Assembly: GCA_046313635.1 (NCBI GenBank)
Contig: JBKBYA010000004.1
Location: forward strand, 233,591 to 243,906
Source of the DNA: Pyrinomonadaceae bacterium
Lineage (GTDB): Bacteria; Acidobacteriota; Blastocatellia; Pyrinomonadales; Pyrinomonadaceae
Reading direction: 5' to 3'
DNA length: 10,316 nucleotides
Numbering within the stretch: the first letter of the stretch is position 1; each line of letters begins with the position of its first letter. Below, piece after piece: positions 6,376 through 10,316 of the stretch. Position numbers and translations under genes: made by a program. The notes beneath the pieces were generated by a model. That model was not told where the DNA came from and did no database searches. It worked only from the letters and a program-made list of their open reading frames with translations.

Positions 6376-7980
6376 TCAATCGATCTTGCCTTCAAAGTTT
6401 GTCAGGGCGACGACGATATCGTCGATCAGCGACGTCCGCTCGCGCGGCGTCGGCACGCCGTTAACGACGATCGAGACGACGAGCTGCTCGCCGCCGGCGG
6501 TCGTCATATAGCCCGAGAGTGCAGAGACCTGGTCGATCGTGCCGGTCTTGCCGCGAAAGTTGCCCTGCGCGGCCGTGCCCTTAAAGCGGTTTCTGAGCGT
6601 GCCGTCGACGCCCGCGATGGTCAGGCTGTCGCGCCATGCCTGAGCGAATCTGCTTTGCTTCGCCATGTAGGTGTAAAGCGTTACGACCGCCTCAGGCGTG
6701 ATCAGATCGTGCCGAGAGAGGCCGCTGCCGTCGTACTGAACGATCCCGTCCGCCGGGATGCCGATCGAGGTCAAAAAGTCCTTGACCACGCCGAGACCGA
6801 GGCGTTCGCTGTCGGCGTTGGAGCCGGGCGCGGCGGCCCGCCCGATCTGCTCGCCGAGCGTGCGGAGTATCGTCTCGGTGTACATATTCTGGCTCGGCTT
6901 CATTGTCTTGGCGGCGATCTCTTTGAATGGCGGCGACTCGAGCCGCGCGATCTCGACAAGCGCGGGCCGGGCTGCCGCGGCGAGCTCCGGCTGCAGACGC
7001 GGCGGATTTTCGACACGGCTCGCGCCCGAGATCTTGACGCCGCGCTCGATCAGACGCTGCCGGAGCATCTCGATAAAGAGCTGTGCCGGGCGCGTGACCG
7101 CGACCGACGTCCGCGACTCTTCGGAGCCCGGAGCTACGCTGCCGCTGATCTCGATCACGTTCTGATTGAGCAGCTTTGTGATCCGCATCGGCGAGGCGCC
7201 GTTCGCGGCCGTGGTGCATCGATTCACGATGCGAACGACCGTGCTGACCGGCATCACCTTGACGATGCACGCTCCGCCCTTGACGGTCGACGGGGCGACG
7301 CTGACGTCGATCGCGTTGTCGTTGATGGGCAGCGACGACACCTCGGTCCCGTAATAGGACTGCAGGTCGTCCCATTCCCACGTGCCGGGCAGCGGGTCGC
7401 CCGCAAAATAGCTTTCGTCGCCGACGAGCGAGCCTTCGACTCGCTTTACGCCGGCCTGCAGGATCTTTTCGACCAGCTTGTCGATCCCGAAATAGTAATA
7501 CTCGGGCGTCCACGGCCGGATGGCAGTGGCCGGAGCGGCGGGGAGAAATGCGTTCGAGATCGAAATGTCGCCCCGGCCGTAGATGCGCAGATCGCCCTTG
7601 ATCGTCCCGCTCGAGTCGACCGGCGACGGCGCGTACACGCTCGTCACGAACCGAAAGTCGGGCGTCAGCTTTTCGATCGCGGTCGCGACGGTAAAATTCT
7701 TCATATTAGACGCCGGCATAAAATACTTGTCGGCGTCATTCTCAAATACGACCTTGCCTGAATTAAGCGACACGACCTTGATGCCGATACGCCCGCGCCG
7801 GACCTCGGGCCGAGAGAGCCGCGTGCGGATGCGCTCCTGCAGCTCGGCCAGAGAACGCGAGACCTGCGGCGACGAGGCGGATGCGGCCGCGGGCGGCGCC
7901 GACGTCGCGGCCTGCTGGGCAAGAGCCGGGCCAGCAAAGCTGGCGAGCACGATCAGCGTGCATTTGAGTATCGATCTCAT
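6376..7980 (-). CDS. dacB: D-alanyl-D-alanine carboxypeptidase/endopeptidase, PBP4 (peptidase S13)
   Basis: SxxK (PASNMK), SxN (KPSQN), DGSGLSR, KTGT; signal peptide MRSILKCTLIVLASFAGPALA. Start at 7980 preferred over 8007 because of the signal peptide and promoter position. Confidence 0.94.
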   Translation of the reverse strand: MRSILKCTLIVLASFAGPALAQQAATSAPPAAASASSPQVSRSLAELQERIRTRLSRPEVRRGRIGIKVVSLNSGKVVFENDADKYFMPASNMKNFTVATAIEKLTPDFRFVTSVYAPSPVDSSGTIKGDLRIYGRGDISISNAFLPAAPATAIRPWTPEYYYFGIDKLVEKILQAGVKRVEGSLVGDESYFAGDPLPGTWEWDDLQSYYGTEVSSLPINDNAIDVSVAPSTVKGGACIVKVMPVSTVVRIVNRCTTAANGASPMRITKLLNQNVIEISGSVAPGSEESRTSVAVTRPAQLFIEMLRQRLIERGVKISGASRVENPPRLQPELAAAARPALVEIARLESPPFKEIAAKTMKPSQNMYTETILRTLGEQIGRAAAPGSNADSERLGLGVVKDFLTSIGIPADGIVQYDGSGLSRHDLITPEAVVTLYTYMAKQSRFAQAWRDSLTIAGVDGTLRNRFKGTAAQGNFRGKTGTIDQVSALSGYMTTAGGEQLVVSIVVNGVPTPRERTSLIDDIVVALTNFEGKID

Positions 7981-7988
7981 ATCGCCTG

Positions 7989-8017
7989 ATTCTAACGATA
8001 AAGACATCCGCCGCCAA
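7989..8017 (-). promoter_or_regulatory. Putative dacB promoter (TTGGCG-17 nt-TAGAAT)
   Basis: Minus strand: TTGGCG at 8017-8012, TAGAAT at 7994-7989, 8 nt before ATG 7980. Confidence 0.55.
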
Positions 8018-8042
8018 CGCGCGACGCCGGGGCCGAATGGCT

Positions 8043-8072
8043 TTGTCCGCCCGCGAATGCCGATGCTACACT
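8043..8072 (+). promoter_or_regulatory. Putative promoter of the di-heme protein gene (TTGTCC-18 nt-TACACT with extended TGn)
   Basis: TTGTCC 8043-8048, TGc 8064-8066, TACACT 8067-8072; back-to-back with the dacB promoter. Confidence 0.5.
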
Positions 8073-8149
8073 AATCGGCAATCTTCGCGGGCCCGATGAG
8101 GATGATCGGTGAGGTTTGCGAGGTGTCTCATAAGTAGAGGTTGACTCAA

Positions 8150-10316
8150 TTGCGCATTTTCAAACTGTCGGTCGCTTTTGTCTTTGTCTCATTTGCATTC
8201 GTCGTTTATTCGGATCTGCTCGGCTCCTCGCGCGTCGTCGGCAAGAGCACGATGCAGGCCCCCATCTCGCCGCCGACCGGTGTCGCCGCCTCTGACGGCA
8301 GCTACGCCGACAGCGTCGGCATCCGCTGGGAGCATACCCGCGGAGCGACCGTTTACCGCATCTTCAGAAATACGACAAATCAGTCGTCCGGTGCGGTCGA
8401 GGTAGGCTCGACCGCGGCGGCTTATTTTTTCGACACGACGGCGGTCGTCGGCCAGCCATATTTTTACTGGGTCAGGGCCGAGAACGGAGCGATGACGAGC
8501 GACCTGAGCCTGCCGGATCAGGGCATCCGTCCGCCAAGCGATCCGCAGCCGGGCACTTTCTCGCCGCTGGTGCCGCCGCCGGTGCCTGCCGGCAATCCGA
8601 TGACGGCCGCTCGAGCTTATCTCGGCAAGGTTCTGTTTTGGGACGAGCAGCTCTCGTCGACCGACACGGTGGCCTGCGGCACCTGTCACCAGCCGAGGGC
8701 GGGCGGCTCCGACCCGCGGACCTCGACCGCGAATCCTCGGTCGCGAAACCCCGGCTTCGACGGCATCTTCGGCAATGAGGACGACGTTTTCGGCTCGCCC
8801 GGCGTGATCCAGAACAGCATTGACGGCACATACAGCTGGAATCAACAGTTCGGGCTCGCCGAGCAGGTGACCGGGCGAAAGTCGCCCACATATCTCAACG
8901 CGGGCTACGGCCGCAGCGGCATCTTTTGGGACGGGCGCGCATCCGATATATTTCGCGATCCGGTCACGAACGCGGTCCTGATAGATGCGTTCGGCTCGCT
9001 CGAGAGTCAATCTGCCGGGCCGCCGCTCTCGTCGGCCGAGATGGCGCACGGCTCGCGGACCTGGATACAGGCCGCGGCGAAGATCGCATCGGCGCGGCCG
9101 CTCGCGCTCGCGTCAAACTTGCCGCCCGCGCTTCAGGCATGGATAACGGGACGCACGTATCCGCAGCTTTTTGAAGAGGCCTTTGGCACGCCCGACGTGA
9201 CGCCGGCTCGGATCGCGTTGGCGATCGCGGCGCACGAGCGTTCGATCTTTTCTGACCAATCGCCATTCGACAGATGGGCGGCCGGCATTGAGCCGCTCAC
9301 GCCGCAGGAGGAGCGCGGCCGGCAGCTATTTGAGAATCTGCTCTGCAGCGCGTGCCACGGCGGCCCGGTACTTACCGATCAGAACTTTCACAATATCGGC
9401 GTCCGCCCGCGCATAGAGGACCCGGGCCGCGGTGCCGTGACCGGAAGGCCCGAGGACAACGGCCGCTTTCGAACGCCGTCGCTCAGAAACGTCGAGCTGC
9501 GCGCGCCCTATATGCACAACGGACGCTTTTCGACGCTCGAGGAGGTCGTCGATTTTTACAACCGCGGCGGCGACTTTGACGCTCCGAATGTCAACCGAGA
9601 CCTGATCCGCCCGCTCAACATGATGCCGCAGGAAAAGGCCGATCTCGTCGCGTTTCTCAAGCGGCCGCTGACCGACCCGCGGGTGGCGAACGAGACGGGG
9701 CCGTTCACCCGGCCGCAGCTTTATACCGAGTCGAATCGTGTGCCGACCATCTCCGGCGCCGGACGCGCGGGCTCGGGCGGGCACGTGCCAAATGCCATCG
9801 CGATCGAGCCGCCGCTGGTCGGCAACCAGAGCTTCGGCCTCGCGGTCTCGGGAGCGCTCGGCGGAGCGCAGGCCGTGCTCGTCATCGACGATGCCGATCC
9901 GGGCGTCGGAGCATCGATCCCCGCAGCAGGGTCGTTTGCGCGCGTGCAGGTGAATCTCGCCGGGTCAGGAAGCGGCGGCGGCTACGGCTCGGTCTCGCTG
10001 CAGATCCCGAATAACGCCGCCCTTGTCGGAAGGACGTTTCGCGGCCGCTGGTACGTGAGCGATCCGGCGGCGACGAACGGTTTCTCGGTCTCGCGTCTGT
10101 TCACCTTTACGATCTTTGGCGACGCGACCGGCTCCGTGCGGCGTGTGCCGTTTGATTTTGATGGGGATGCGAAGACTGACGTCGCGGTGTTTCGGCCGGG
10201 AGCGTCTGCGGCGGAGTGGTGGATCTTGCGGTCTGGCACGTCGAGCGTTTATGCGGCGCAGTTCGGGGCTTCGACGGACGCGGCGGTGCCGGCGGATTTT
10301 ACGGGTGACGGCAAGG
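8150..10316 (+). CDS. Exported multidomain di-heme cytochrome c peroxidase/MauG-family protein (FN3-like + di-heme + beta-rich domain + FG-GAP repeats), 3'-truncated by the window
   Basis: Manually translated open frame from TTG 8150 (SD AGAGGT 8136-8141; in-frame TAG at 8135) to the window end, at least 722 aa. N-terminus MRIFKLSVAFVFVSFAFVVY; LGKVLFWDEQLS; CGTCH (8675-8689); FWDGRA; CSACH (9344-9358); FRTPSLRNV; PYMHNG; FDFDGDAKTDVAVFRP and PADFTGDGK at the end. Confidence 0.92.
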   Translation, partial: MRIFKLSVAFVFVSFAFVVYSDLLGSSRVVGKSTMQAPISPPTGVAASDGSYADSVGIRWEHTRGATVYRIFRNTTNQSSGAVEVGSTAAAYFFDTTAVVGQPYFYWVRAENGAMTSDLSLPDQGIRPPSDPQPGTFSPLVPPPVPAGNPMTAARAYLGKVLFWDEQLSSTDTVACGTCHQPRAGGSDPRTSTANPRSRNPGFDGIFGNEDDVFGSPGVIQNSIDGTYSWNQQFGLAEQVTGRKSPTYLNAGYGRSGIFWDGRASDIFRDPVTNAVLIDAFGSLESQSAGPPLSSAEMAHGSRTWIQAAAKIASARPLALASNLPPALQAWITGRTYPQLFEEAFGTPDVTPARIALAIAAHERSIFSDQSPFDRWAAGIEPLTPQEERGRQLFENLLCSACHGGPVLTDQNFHNIGVRPRIEDPGRGAVTGRPEDNGRFRTPSLRNVELRAPYMHNGRFSTLEEVVDFYNRGGDFDAPNVNRDLIRPLNMMPQEKADLVAFLKRPLTDPRVANETGPFTRPQLYTESNRVPTISGAGRAGSGGHVPNAIAIEPPLVGNQSFGLAVSGALGGAQAVLVIDDADPGVGASIPAAGSFARVQVNLAGSGSGGGYGSVSLQIPNNAALVGRTFRGRWYVSDPAATNGFSVSRLFTFTIFGDATGSVRRVPFDFDGDAKTDVAVFRPGASAAEWWILRSGTSSVYAAQFGASTDAAVPADFTGDGK

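Noticed and set aside
6655..7761. 368-aa plus-strand ORF and overlapping Arg-rich ORFs
   Set aside because: Antisense or alternate-frame shadows of dacB.
8178..10239. Short track ORFs in this region (8178..8405, 8189..9049, 8472..8891, 9326..9784 and others)
   Set aside because: All overlap the long open di-heme protein frame starting at 8150, which carries clear family motifs.

Overview
GC-rich bacterial chromosomal window. It probably comes from Acidobacteriota (Blastocatellia-like), an inference from the FDFDGDxKTDxAVFRP FG-GAP module only. Gene order: PLP class I/II aminotransferase (+), DUF433 antitoxin plus a frameshifted DUF5615 PIN toxin (+), secreted S46 dipeptidyl peptidase (+), murein peptide ligase mpl (+), RRM/Gly-rich RNA-binding protein with a long structured leader (+), dacB/PBP4 (-), and a large exported protein (+, 8150 to the window end). 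The ORF track misses this last gene because it has no stop codon in the window. It is the most notable element: signal/TM segment, FN3-like domain, di-heme bCcP/MauG-family domain with MauG-type active-site residues, an unnamed beta-rich domain and FG-GAP repeats, with no mau/mbn genes visible. Other points are an apparently inactivated toxin, three genes with leaderless-type promoter geometry, a 19/21-nt motif shared by two intergenic regions, and an octamer-periodic inverted repeat between convergent genes.
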